Virus record (IMG/VR): IMGVR_UViG_2563366852_000004
Location: 1-37,397 of that record
Direction: 5' to 3' (one strand)
From: a virus
Taxonomy: Duplodnaviria; Heunggongvirae; Uroviricota; Caudoviricetes
DNA: 37,397 bases
The translations under genes were made by a program, and so were the position numbers. This document shows, piece after piece, positions 28,846-36,127 of the stretch. The stretch's first letter is position 1. Every line of letters begins with the position of its first letter. The notes under the pieces are model-generated. The model ran no database searches. It was given only the letters and a program-made list of their open reading frames with translations, and was not told where the DNA came from.

Positions 28846-29562
28846 ATGGAAAATAAAAAATCACTGACGACAGAACAGCTCGAAGACGCTAAGCGGCTTA
28901 AGGCTTTGTATGAGTCAAAAAAGAAAGAATTGGGAATAACCCAATACTCAATCGCTGATGAACTGGGTATCACCCAAGGAGCGGTAGGGCATTATCTTAA
29001 TGGCAGAAACGCGCTAAACGTTGAGGTCGCATCTGGTTTTGCACGTTTGTTGCAAGTCTCAATTGCTGATTTTAGCCAGTCAATTGCTGCCAAGGTTGCA
29101 GAACAGGCAGAAAGCCTTAAGAGCGATGCCAACGTAAGGTATGCAGGGGAATACAGAGCAGGAAAGAGGTATCCGGTGTTAAGCAGTATCCAGGCTGGCT
29201 CGTGGTGTGAAGCATGCGAACCATACACCATTAAAGACATAGATGTTTGGCTTGAGTCTGACGCGCATATTCAAGGTAATGCGTTCTGGCTTAAAGTGGA
29301 AGGTGATTCAATGACGGCACCGGTTGGGTTAAGCATCCCAGAGGGAACATTCGTTCTTTTCGATACCGGAAGGGAGGCGATCAACGGCAGCTTGGTCATA
29401 GCAAAACTTTCTGACTCTAACGAAGCAACATTCAAGAAGCTGATAATCGACGGCGGAAATAAATACCTCAAGGGACTTAATCCTGCATGGCCTCTCGTGC
29501 CAATCAATGGAAACTGCAAGATTATAGGCGTTGCAATTGAGACAAAACTAAGGCTGGTTTGA
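28846..29562 (+). CDS. cI: CI-type prophage repressor (HTH N-terminus + S24 LexA-like autopeptidase C-terminus)
   Basis: 238 aa; HTH segment ITQYSIADELGITQGAVGHYLNG; C-terminal GDSM (catalytic Ser) and FKKL (catalytic Lys) motifs; divergent from cro across the operator region; almost no 5' leader. Confidence 0.9.
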   Translation: MENKKSLTTEQLEDAKRLKALYESKKKELGITQYSIADELGITQGAVGHYLNGRNALNVEVASGFARLLQVSIADFSQSIAAKVAEQAESLKSDANVRYAGEYRAGKRYPVLSSIQAGSWCEACEPYTIKDIDVWLESDAHIQGNAFWLKVEGDSMTAPVGLSIPEGTFVLFDTGREAINGSLVIAKLSDSNEATFKKLIIDGGNKYLKGLNPAWPLVPINGNCKIIGVAIETKLRLV

Positions 29563-29579
29563 TCACGCAAGGGGAGCTT

Positions 29580-29948
29580 ATGGTTGGAACCGCTATAGCA
29601 AGCTTTTTTGGGATGTTGGCAATCTCGACAATTTACGGCTTAGCGCATGCTTTTATTGCGAAATCTCTATCAGAAAAAATAAGCCAGGCTTGGGCGCATA
29701 GATCAGCTCGTTTCATGATTCTGGTGATCATAGCAATACAAGGGATATCTGCATTTATCCTCTATGGATCAAGCTTATACCTATTGTATCAAGGCGCGAC
29801 ATTTACGCCTTACACCAGTGATTACGGAACTCTATACGATGGTAGTGAAGACATCACTGTGGCTTGGATCGTCTTTGGTTTATCTATGGCCGTGTCTGTT
29901 GTAGCAGACATCATTAAGGTAATTCTCGTCTTAACCTTCGCTGACTAA
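29580..29948 (+). CDS. Small integral membrane protein co-transcribed with cI (candidate superinfection exclusion or abortive infection protein)
   Basis: ATG at 29580-29582 (GGGGAG 3-4 nt upstream), 18 nt after the cI stop; 122 aa with three long hydrophobic segments; sits where lambda carries rexA/rexB. Confidence 0.55.
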   Translation: MVGTAIASFFGMLAISTIYGLAHAFIAKSLSEKISQAWAHRSARFMILVIIAIQGISAFILYGSSLYLLYQGATFTPYTSDYGTLYDGSEDITVAWIVFGLSMAVSVVADIIKVILVLTFAD

Positions 29949-30034
29949 CCTATAATCCCGGCAGCAATAGCTATCGGGATCCACTTCACATATCCCGCAT
30001 AAAAAGCACTGAACAAGCAGACACCGAAAAAATA

Positions 30035-30119
30035 AATATCCTTTGTATTCATTTGCTTATCATTATTTCACCAAAAATAAATACCTTGGGTATTTACACA
30101 ATAAAATACCTACAGTATT
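30035..30119. promoter_or_regulatory. oL operator region and pL
   Basis: AATACCTTGGGTATT (30080-30094) and AATACCTACAGTATT (30105-30119), plus a more distant 1-mismatch site AATATCCTTTGTATT (30035-30049). Candidate pL: -35 TTTACA (30093-30098), 17 nt, -10 TATTCT (30116-30121), directed toward N. Confidence 0.6.
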
Positions 30120-30166
30120 CTTTAGCCATCAGCAGGACGCTGGAAGCCAAACGGAACAGATTGGCA

Positions 30167-30208
30167 GGCTCTTTAACATTGATGGGATTGTCCCGCCGAA
30201 ATGCGGGA
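30167..30208 (+). promoter_or_regulatory. nutL (boxA + boxB)
   Basis: boxA-like GGCTCTTTAACA (30167-30178) and boxB hairpin TCCCGCCGAAATGCGGGA (30191-30208), identical in core to nutR. Confidence 0.6.
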
Positions 30209-30315
30209 ACCAAAGAGTAGTTGGCTTTGGGGTGACGTGAAGTGCAGCTGCACGACGGCAACCGGAAGATAAGCACCCGGCGCGTCACCGCCAAAGTCAA
30301 TCATCGGAGGTCAAC

Positions 30316-30579
30316 ATGACAGTAGTCATTACATATCTGGCTGACGATAACGCCAGAAATCGCCGCAGAGCACGCAGACAGGCTCAACGTGAGCAGGCAA
30401 TGCAGGACGCTTCTCTTTCGCGCCGGGTAGCAAATAGCACATGCAGTACACGCGTAACAAAAGCCATTTCGCTTGCCGGAACGCTTCAGAAGGAAGTTGA
30501 AGGTGGTACTGTCTGCCTGCCAGAAGTTGCGCTTTTCGCAGCTGGTCATCGTACAAGTAAGCAGGTTACAGCGAGGTAA
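30316..30579 (+). CDS. N-type antiterminator (P22 gene 24-like)
   Basis: 87 aa; arginine-rich N-terminus NARNRRRARRQAQREQ; C-terminus RVTKAISLAGTLQKEVEGGTVCLPEVALFAAGHRTSKQVTAR matches P22 gp24 from memory; GGAGG RBS. Confidence 0.8.
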   Translation: MTVVITYLADDNARNRRRARRQAQREQAMQDASLSRRVANSTCSTRVTKAISLAGTLQKEVEGGTVCLPEVALFAAGHRTSKQVTAR

Positions 30580-30582
30580 GTG

Positions 30583-30807
30583 ATGAATCAGACATACATA
30601 CCATCATGCTTGAGAAATCTGCCAAAGCAGAAAGCAAAGCCCCGAAAGCAAGCCATAAAGGACGCTAAGGCAGAGGTTATTGATCAAGCAATACAATTGC
30701 TCAGGGATGAGTTAAGAAGTGGCAAGCTCGAAGGAATGATGATGCCCTATCAGCGCGGATATCTATCGGCGATTAGTAAGTTGGAAGTATTGAAGAGTGA
30801 ATTATGA
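30583..30807 (+). CDS. Hypothetical protein (pL operon)
   Basis: 74 aa from ATG 30583 (ORF-track entry 30580 begins one codon earlier at GTG); basic, helical-looking sequence. Confidence 0.45.
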   Translation: MNQTYIPSCLRNLPKQKAKPRKQAIKDAKAEVIDQAIQLLRDELRSGKLEGMMMPYQRGYLSAISKLEVLKSEL

Positions 30808-30939
30808 ACTATCTGGAATTTCCGGATGGTTCATTGTTTTGGCAGCAAACCACTTATTTGAGGTGAGATATGGAAGAAGAATTTGAAGAGTTCGAAGAGC
30901 ATCCTCAGGATGTGATGGAACAATACCAGGACTATCCGT

Positions 30940-31037
30940 ATGACTACGACTATTGATAAGAATCAATGGAGTGGACAATACGAACGACGGCAATGATTGC
31001 CAGAGAACTTGGTAAACAGAACAACAAAGCTGCCTGA
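30940..31037 (+). pseudogene. ral: ral (restriction alleviation) remnant with internal deletion and frameshift
   Basis: ATG at 30940 reads MTTTIDKNQWSGQYERRQ*, matching the lambda Ral N-terminus as remembered (MTTTIDKNQWCGQ...). A different frame reads ...IRTTAMIARELGKQNNKAA* (stop 31035-31037), matching the Ral C-terminus. The two are separated by only a few bases instead of the ~40 codons of intact Ral. Confidence 0.5.
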
Positions 31038-31173
31038 TAGTGGCCTTTATTTTTGGCATAAATAACAGAATAAACACTGCACTGTGTATTCATTCCAACG
31101 AGTGAATACACGGAGCAATGTCGCTCGTAACTAAACAGGAGCCGACTTGTTCTGATTATTGGAAATCTTCTTT

Positions 31174-31200
31174 GCCCTCCAATGTGAGGGCAATTTTTTT
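31174..31200 (+). terminator. Intrinsic terminator within the pL operon (tL-type)
   Basis: GCCCTC-CAATGT-GAGGGC followed by AATTTTTTT on the plus strand. Confidence 0.6.
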
Positions 31201-31212
31201 GACGGAGGATAT

Positions 31213-31524
31213 ATGAAATTACGTGTCTGGCATATCCCGCAAGTACCTATGAAGCCGTTCATTGTAGAAGTGGCAAGTGTTGAAGAGGGTGTTCGCCTGA
31301 TGGACGCACTGGCTGATTATGACGCCTTTCAGTATGACAACAACATCAAGCCTGATTACTGCAATGCTAACGGCCTTGAGATGTGGGATGAGAGCCTTAC
31401 CGATGAAGATTTATCAGAGATGGGGCTTACTGATCGCTGGGTGGATTGGTACAGCGAATGCCAATGTTACGACGACCCACGTAAATATCTCGAAAGCCTG
31501 AAAGAAGAAACATCAGCCGCCTAA
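31213..31524 (+). CDS. Hypothetical protein (in the position of lambda ea10, between ral and cIII)
   Basis: ATG at 31213 with GGAGG RBS; 103 aa (MKLRVWHIPQVPMKPFIVEVASVEEGVRLMDALADYDAFQYDN...). The ORF-track 121 aa version starts upstream inside the terminator hairpin and is not preferred. Confidence 0.55.
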   Translation: MKLRVWHIPQVPMKPFIVEVASVEEGVRLMDALADYDAFQYDNNIKPDYCNANGLEMWDESLTDEDLSEMGLTDRWVDWYSECQCYDDPRKYLESLKEETSAA

Positions 31525-31599
31525 GCGCGGCTTTACCGCATACCAATAACGCTTCACTCGAGGCGTTTTCGTTATGCAATCAAATATAAGGAGTTACCC

Positions 31600-31734
31600 A
31601 TGATGCACTTTCAGCTCGCGGGTAGCGGCGTCATGTCCGCTTTCTACCCGCACGAATCTGAATTATCACGCCGAGTTAAACAATTAATCAGAGCAGTAAA
31701 GAAACAACTGGAGGCGTTATGCGCAATGAAATAG
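31600..31734 (+). CDS. cIII: CIII-like protein (FtsH inhibitor / CII stabiliser)
   Basis: Manual translation, 44 aa: MMHFQLAGSGVMSAFYPHESELSRRVKQLIRAVKKQLEALCAMK; AAGGAG RBS; amphipathic core P.ES.L.R....L resembles lambda CIII residues 14-37 as remembered. Confidence 0.55.
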   Translation: MMHFQLAGSGVMSAFYPHESELSRRVKQLIRAVKKQLEALCAMK

Positions 31735-31871
31735 CCATCAATCACCAGATGCTTCGTGCAGCACAGAACAAAGCAGTAATAGCCAGATTTATTGGTGATT
31801 CAAAAATGTGGATTGAAGCAAATAAAGCGATGAAATCAGCTATCAACCTTCCGTGGTATCGCAGGAAATGA
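31719..31871 (+). CDS. kil: Kil-like protein (host cell-division inhibitor)
   Basis: Manual translation, 50 aa: MRNEIAINHQMLRAAQNKAVIARFIGDSKMWIEANKAMKSAINLPWYRRK; GGAGG RBS; the IA.FIGD.KM motif resembles lambda Kil as remembered; overlaps the cIII-like 3' end, as kil and cIII do in lambda. Confidence 0.5.
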   Translation: MRNEIAINHQMLRAAQNKAVIARFIGDSKMWIEANKAMKSAINLPWYRRK

Positions 31872-32038
31872 GTTTTACAGATAACTGGTCAGACGAAGAA
31901 TTCATTCGTCAGATGAAAGAATTAATCGGTAACGAAGGAGATATTCATGTCACTTGCAACCACAGTGAAGGAGAGCAAGTTACAGAGACGCATGTACACG
32001 CAGCAGGCGTTAATGTATCGCCAGAAGGGAGATCGTGA
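31868..32038 (+). CDS. Small hypothetical protein (start overlaps kil stop, ATGA)
   Basis: ORF-track entry 31853..32038 trimmed to the ATG at 31868; 56 aa acidic protein MSFTDNWSDEEFIRQMKELIGNEGDIHVT.... Confidence 0.4.
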   Translation: MSFTDNWSDEEFIRQMKELIGNEGDIHVTCNHSEGEQVTETHVHAAGVNVSPEGRS

Positions 32039-32116
32039 AGGTGTTCGCGTATTTTTAAATGCGGCAAAGACCGAAGTATTAAATCAGCGTTATTTACTTG
32101 GGCCGTGTCCATTCTG
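31946..32116 (+). CDS. Small hypothetical protein (overlapping the previous ORF out of frame)
   Basis: Manual translation: ATG at 31946 with AAGGAGA RBS 8 nt upstream; 56 aa MSLATTVKESKLQRRMYTQQALMYRQKGDREGVRVFLNAAKTEVLNQRYLLGPCPF; ends 9 nt before the annealase start. Confidence 0.4.
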
Positions 32117-32125
32117 AGGTGAATT

Positions 32126-32833
32126 ATGGATTTGAATAAATTCGATGAGCCATTCAGCCCTGAAGATATCGAATGGCGAATACAGCAAAGCGGTAAAACA
32201 CGCGATGGCAAAGTGTGGGCTATGGTGCTGGCTTATGTCACGAACCGGGCAATCATGAAACGCCTGGACGATGTTTGCGGCAAAGCAGGATGGCGTAATG
32301 AATACCGCGATATTCCCAACAACGGCGGCGTTGAATGCGGCATATCAATAAAGATTGATTCCGAATGGGTAACCAAATGGGATGCAGCTGAAAACACGCA
32401 GGTAGAAGCCGTCAAAGGTGGTCGTTCCGGTGCAATGAAGCGCGCTGCCGTTCAGTGGGGAATCGGTCGGTATCTGTATAACCTTGAGGAAGGTTTCGCA
32501 CAAACATCTCTCGATAAAAAGCAGGGGTGGCACAGGGCAAAACTGAAGGATGGAACAGGATTTTACTGGCTCCCTCCATCGCTGCCGGGATGGGCAATGC
32601 CAGCATCTGGCAATCAACCATCACCAGAAAATACCAACCAGAAATCTCCATCGGTTGACTGCGAACAAATCCTGAAAGACTTCAGCGATTATGCAGCGAC
32701 AGAAACTGACAAGAAAAAACTCATCGAGCGTTATCAGCGTGACTGGCAATTAATGTCTGGCAACGAGGAGGCGCAGGCTAAATGCGTTCAGGTAATGAAC
32801 ATCAGAGTTAACGAACTAAAACAGGCGGCATAA
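32126..32833 (+). CDS. Single-strand annealing protein (Rad52-like N-terminal domain fused to an Erf-type C-terminal domain)
   Basis: 235 aa; N-terminal region with AMKRAAVQWGIGRYLYN resembles Rad52/Sak-family annealases; C-terminus SPSVDCEQILKDFSDYAATETDKKKLIERYQRDWQLMSGNEEAQAKCVQVMNIRVNELKQAA is nearly identical to the P22 Erf C-terminus as remembered. Confidence 0.75.
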   Translation: MDLNKFDEPFSPEDIEWRIQQSGKTRDGKVWAMVLAYVTNRAIMKRLDDVCGKAGWRNEYRDIPNNGGVECGISIKIDSEWVTKWDAAENTQVEAVKGGRSGAMKRAAVQWGIGRYLYNLEEGFAQTSLDKKQGWHRAKLKDGTGFYWLPPSLPGWAMPASGNQPSPENTNQKSPSVDCEQILKDFSDYAATETDKKKLIERYQRDWQLMSGNEEAQAKCVQVMNIRVNELKQAA

Positions 32834-33340
32834 ATGGCAAGCAGAGGCGTAAATAAGGTGATTATCCTTGGTCGGGTAGGACAAGACCCGGAAGTTCGAT
32901 ACTCACCATCAGGAACAGCGTTCGCTAACCTGACAATAGCCACGTCAGAACAATGGCGAGATAAAAATACTGGCGAGCAAAAGGAATTGACTGAATGGCA
33001 TCGTGTTGCTGTATCCGGGAAACTGGCTGAGGTCGTGGGGCAGTATGTGAAAAAAGGTGATCAGATTTATTTCGAGGGAATGCTGAGAACCAGAAAGTGG
33101 AAAGACCAGTCAGGGCAAGACCGTTACACAACCGAGGTTCATGTCGGAATTAATGGCGTGATGCAAATGCTTGGCGGCATTGGCGACAGCAAACAACAAG
33201 CAGCCAGCAGGCAATCACAGAAGCCACAGCAGCAATCATCACCAGCACAACACAACGAACCTCCGATGGATTTTGACGACGATATCCCCTTTGCACCAGT
33301 AACTCTCCCCTTCCCTCGTCACGCTATTCACGCAATTTAA
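32834..33340 (+). CDS. ssb: Single-stranded DNA-binding protein with an extension beyond the DDDIPF tip
   Basis: 168 aa; OB-fold N-terminus ([38 protein letters not shown]), Gln/Pro-rich linker, conserved MDFDDDIPF followed by 15 extra residues ([15 protein letters not shown]). Confidence 0.85.
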   Translation: MASRGVNKVIILGRVGQDPEVRYSPSGTAFANLTIATSEQWRDKNTGEQKELTEWHRVAVSGKLAEVVGQYVKKGDQIYFEGMLRTRKWKDQSGQDRYTTEVHVGINGVMQMLGGIGDSKQQAASRQSQKPQQQSSPAQHNEPPMDFDDDIPFAPVTLPFPRHAIHAI

Positions 33341-33348
33341 GGACTTAC

Positions 33349-33897
33349 ATGAATCACTTGATGGTTGACCTTGAAACAATGGGCAACGGGCCATACGCGC
33401 CAGTTATTTCTATTGGGGCGGTATTCTTTGACCCGAATACCGGAGAAACAGGAGAAGAGTTCTCGGTAAATATCTCGCTTGAGTCATCAATGCGATATCG
33501 GGCGCGTCCTGACGCTTCAACGATTTTATGGTGGATGGAACAGAGTGAAGAAGCCAGAAAATCGCTAACCAGCAACACTCAAGAGCTTTCAACGGCTCTT
33601 TCATGGTTATCTGAATTCATCATAAAGAACGCCAACCACAAACTCGTTCAGGTTTGGGGGAATGGAGCATCATTTGACTGCGTTATTCTCCGCAACAGTT
33701 ATTCGCTGACAGGGCAGCCAGTTCCGTGGCAGTGGTGGAATGACCGCGACGTAAGAACAATCGTCGAACTTGGGAAGGTAATAGGATTCGACCCTAAGCG
33801 AGATATGCCATTCAAAGGAACTCGCCACAACGCGCTTGATGATGCCATTCACCAAGCCAAATACGTTTCAGCGATCTGGAAAAAGTTAGCTAAATAA
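33349..33897 (+). CDS. 3'-5' exonuclease (DnaQ-like DEDD family)
   Basis: 182 aa; N-terminal MVDLETMG (Exo I-like acidic motif) and C-terminal HNALDDA (Exo III-like) are consistent with the DEDDh fold. Confidence 0.7.
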   Translation: MNHLMVDLETMGNGPYAPVISIGAVFFDPNTGETGEEFSVNISLESSMRYRARPDASTILWWMEQSEEARKSLTSNTQELSTALSWLSEFIIKNANHKLVQVWGNGASFDCVILRNSYSLTGQPVPWQWWNDRDVRTIVELGKVIGFDPKRDMPFKGTRHNALDDAIHQAKYVSAIWKKLAK

Positions 33898-33913
33898 TCA
33901 ACAGGAGAAAACC

Positions 33914-34210
33914 ATGCCAGCGCCTCTGTATGGTGCGGACGACGCGCGCCGCTGTTCCGGCAATTCCGTATCGGAGGTGCTGGATAAATTCAGAAAAAAC
34001 TACGACCTGATAATGTCGCTACCGCAGGAAACGAAAGAGGAAAAGGAATTTCGCCACTGTATATGGCTTGCAGAGAAAGAAGAACGAGAGCGAATTTACC
34101 AGACATCAATCCGACCATTCCGCAAAGCCACATATACCCACTTCCCTGAATATATCGACCCGCGCCTGCGTAATTACCGCTCACGCTATGGCGCTATCAG
34201 TAATGACTGA
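33914..34210 (+). CDS. Hypothetical protein
   Basis: 98 aa ORF with AGGAG RBS, in the early-left operon. Confidence 0.5.
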   Translation: MPAPLYGADDARRCSGNSVSEVLDKFRKNYDLIMSLPQETKEEKEFRHCIWLAEKEERERIYQTSIRPFRKATYTHFPEYIDPRLRNYRSRYGAISND

Positions 34211-34220
34211 GGAATTTACC

Positions 34221-34385
34221 ATGAGAGGACTTGCATACAATCCCGGCATTCTTCCGGCAGAAATGATTATTCGCCAACGCGTAAAACCAATGCCATCGAG
34301 AGAGGAATTGCTTAAGAGAAATTCTTTTCCATCAGTGAATCAAAACAAATATCTGAATGCGATGTGGCGGAGTGGGAAGAAATGA
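34221..34385 (+). CDS. Small hypothetical protein
   Basis: ATG at 34221 with GAGGAA RBS; 54 aa; stop overlaps the next gene's ATG (ATGA). Confidence 0.4.
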   Translation: MRGLAYNPGILPAEMIIRQRVKPMPSREELLKRNSFPSVNQNKYLNAMWRSGKK

Positions 34386-34933
34386 AACTAATGTCACTAA
34401 TTGAGATGGATGGATTTCTGAAAGGTAAATGCATACCACGAGATTTAAAGGTTAACGAAACAAACGCTGAATATCTGGTGCGTAAATTTGCTGAAGCGGA
34501 GGCCAAGATTTCGGCTCTGTCCGAAGACCAGCAGAGAGCGATTGAGTCAATTAAGCAGGCTGATGCAGTTGTTAAGTTGGCACACGAGAAGTTTTCGGCG
34601 CTTGCGGCGGAGAATGAGCTGGCTCGTAAGGCAGTTCAGGCATTCTGCGATGTTGTTGGCGACAACACCGAGGTTATCGCTGAGGTGGTTGGGCGAGATG
34701 GCGTTCTGGTTATTTTGGAGGCCATGAAGGCAACAGGAAATATGCCAGCCACCGATGCTTTTCTGGCTGAAGTACGGGCGCAGGGCGTGGAGATGCTGGC
34801 AAAAAATCATCAGAGTATCGTCAATGCACTTAAGGGAGATTCTTTATTTTCTGATGGTGAATGCCGACATGCAGCTATTGTTTCCGCAGCTGTATATTTC
34901 GCCGCAGAGCTTCGCAAAGGAGGCAACCAGTGA
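34382..34933 (+). CDS. Hypothetical protein
   Basis: ORF-track entry 34364..34933 trimmed to the ATG at 34382 ([16 protein letters not shown]...), about 183 aa; coupled to neighbours by overlapping start/stop codons. Confidence 0.5.
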   Translation: MKLMSLIEMDGFLKGKCIPRDLKVNETNAEYLVRKFAEAEAKISALSEDQQRAIESIKQADAVVKLAHEKFSALAAENELARKAVQAFCDVVGDNTEVIAEVVGRDGVLVILEAMKATGNMPATDAFLAEVRAQGVEMLAKNHQSIVNALKGDSLFSDGECRHAAIVSAAVYFAAELRKGGNQ

Positions 34934-35571
34934 GCGAAATTAACTATCAGGCACTGCGTGAAAAGGCAGAGAAAGCAACGTGTGGTGTGTGGTCGCTCGA
35001 ATATGGAGAGGAGAGATTTGATGCTGGTGATGCGCTAATTCATCGTGAAGTTGTTGGATATATTCCCATTTGCAGAATTGAAGGAGCGCATCCTGAAAGC
35101 GGTTTCGATGAAGATTTCCAAATGGAACAGCAGGCCAATGCTGAATTCATCGCAGCAGCCAGTCCAGCTACCGTGCTGGCACTACTGGATGAACGGGAAA
35201 GAAACCAGCAATACATCAAACGCCGCGACCAGGAGAACGAGGATATTGCGCTTACGGTTGGGAGGCTGCGCGTTGAGCTGGAAGCAGCAAAAAAGCGCAT
35301 AGCAGAACTGAAAGCCGAACCTGTAAGCCAAACTTACAAGTTGAACCAGCTATCGGGCAACTCTCCGGTAACTCCGGATGGTTGGATAAGCTGTAGTGAG
35401 CGGACGCCGAACGACGCGCAGTGGTGCGTAGTGAACACAAAATACGGGTATTACGTGCAATGCTGGTCTGAAGGTCAAGGGTGGCTTGGTGATGATATCA
35501 GCATCCCTGAATGCGATGTAATCAATTGGATGCCGCTACCGGAACCTCCGCAGGAGGTTAACCGTGGCTAA
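34930..35571 (+). CDS. Ead/Ea22-like protein with DUF551-like C-terminal domain
   Basis: GTG at 34930 with GGAGG RBS; coiled-coil middle region; C-terminus PDGWISCSERTPNDAQWCVVNTKYGYYVQCWSEGQGWLGDDISIPECDVINWMPLPEPP resembles DUF551 domains of lambdoid prophage proteins. Confidence 0.6.
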   Translation: MSEINYQALREKAEKATCGVWSLEYGEERFDAGDALIHREVVGYIPICRIEGAHPESGFDEDFQMEQQANAEFIAAASPATVLALLDERERNQQYIKRRDQENEDIALTVGRLRVELEAAKKRIAELKAEPVSQTYKLNQLSGNSPVTPDGWISCSERTPNDAQWCVVNTKYGYYVQCWSEGQGWLGDDISIPECDVINWMPLPEPPQEVNRG

Positions 35572-35848
35572 CCTGCAACTAGCCGTTAAAGGTGAATACT
35601 TCGATGCCATAATTCGTGGAGAGAAAACGGAAGAGTATCGCCTGTGTAATGACTACTGGAATAAGCGAATTATGTTCCGCGAGTATGACCGACTGATTAT
35701 CACAAAGGGATATCCGAAGCGCGACGATTCCAGCCGAAGAATTGATGTTCCGTATGACGGATATGAAGTGAAGACAATCACACATCCACACTTTGGCGAT
35801 AAACCGGTAAAGGTGTTCGCGATAAAGGTGAATATCGGCAATGAATAA
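35564..35848 (+). CDS. Hypothetical protein
   Basis: 94 aa; GTG start with AGGAGG RBS overlapping the upstream stop. Confidence 0.5.
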   Translation: MANLQLAVKGEYFDAIIRGEKTEEYRLCNDYWNKRIMFREYDRLIITKGYPKRDDSSRRIDVPYDGYEVKTITHPHFGDKPVKVFAIKVNIGNE

Positions 35849-35883
35849 CAATCCTCGAACTCGCGGGGATTTCTTTTATCTGA

Positions 35884-35910
35884 ACTCGCTACGGCGAGTT
35901 TTGTTTTATG
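35884..35910 (+). terminator. Intrinsic terminator-like hairpin
   Basis: AACTCGC-TACG-GCGAGTT followed by TTGTTTTA on the plus strand, after the 94 aa ORF. Confidence 0.45.
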
Positions 35911-35921
35911 GAGATGATAAA

Positions 35922-36089
35922 TGCACTTCCGAGTCACAGGTGAATGGAATGGAGAGCCATTCAACAGAGTTATCGAAGCGGAGAACATCAACGACTGCTA
36001 TGACCACTGGATGATATGGGCGCAGATAGCACATGCAGACATAACCAATATTCGAATTGAAGAACTGAAAGAACACCAAGCCGCCTGAT
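35922..36089 (+). CDS. Small hypothetical protein upstream of xis
   Basis: Manual translation: ATG at 35922 (GGAG about 8 nt upstream), 55 aa MHFRVTGEWNGEPFNRVIEAENINDCYDHWMIWAQIAHADITNIRIEELKEHQAA; stop lies within the following terminator hairpin. Confidence 0.45.
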
Positions 36090-36103
36090 GGCGGTTTTTT
36101 CTT
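36079..36103 (+). terminator. Intrinsic terminator upstream of xis
   Basis: GCCGCC-TGAT-GGCGG followed by TTTTTTCTTGCG on the plus strand. Confidence 0.55.
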
Positions 36104-36127
36104 GCGTGTAATTGCGGAGACTTTGCG

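Noticed and set aside
29945-30052. 35 aa hydrophobic minus-strand ORF starting inside oL
   Set aside because: It has no recognisable RBS, its start lies within an operator site, and it overlaps the stop of the membrane-protein gene on the other strand; most likely a chance ORF.
30802-31077. 91 aa minus-strand ORF in the pL operon
   Set aside because: It is antisense to the direction of all neighbouring early-left genes and spans the ral remnant; no RBS.
31159-31524. 121 aa version of the ea10-position ORF with an upstream alternative start
   Set aside because: The 5' extension runs through the intrinsic terminator hairpin (31174-31200); the ATG at 31213 with a GGAGG RBS is the more plausible start.
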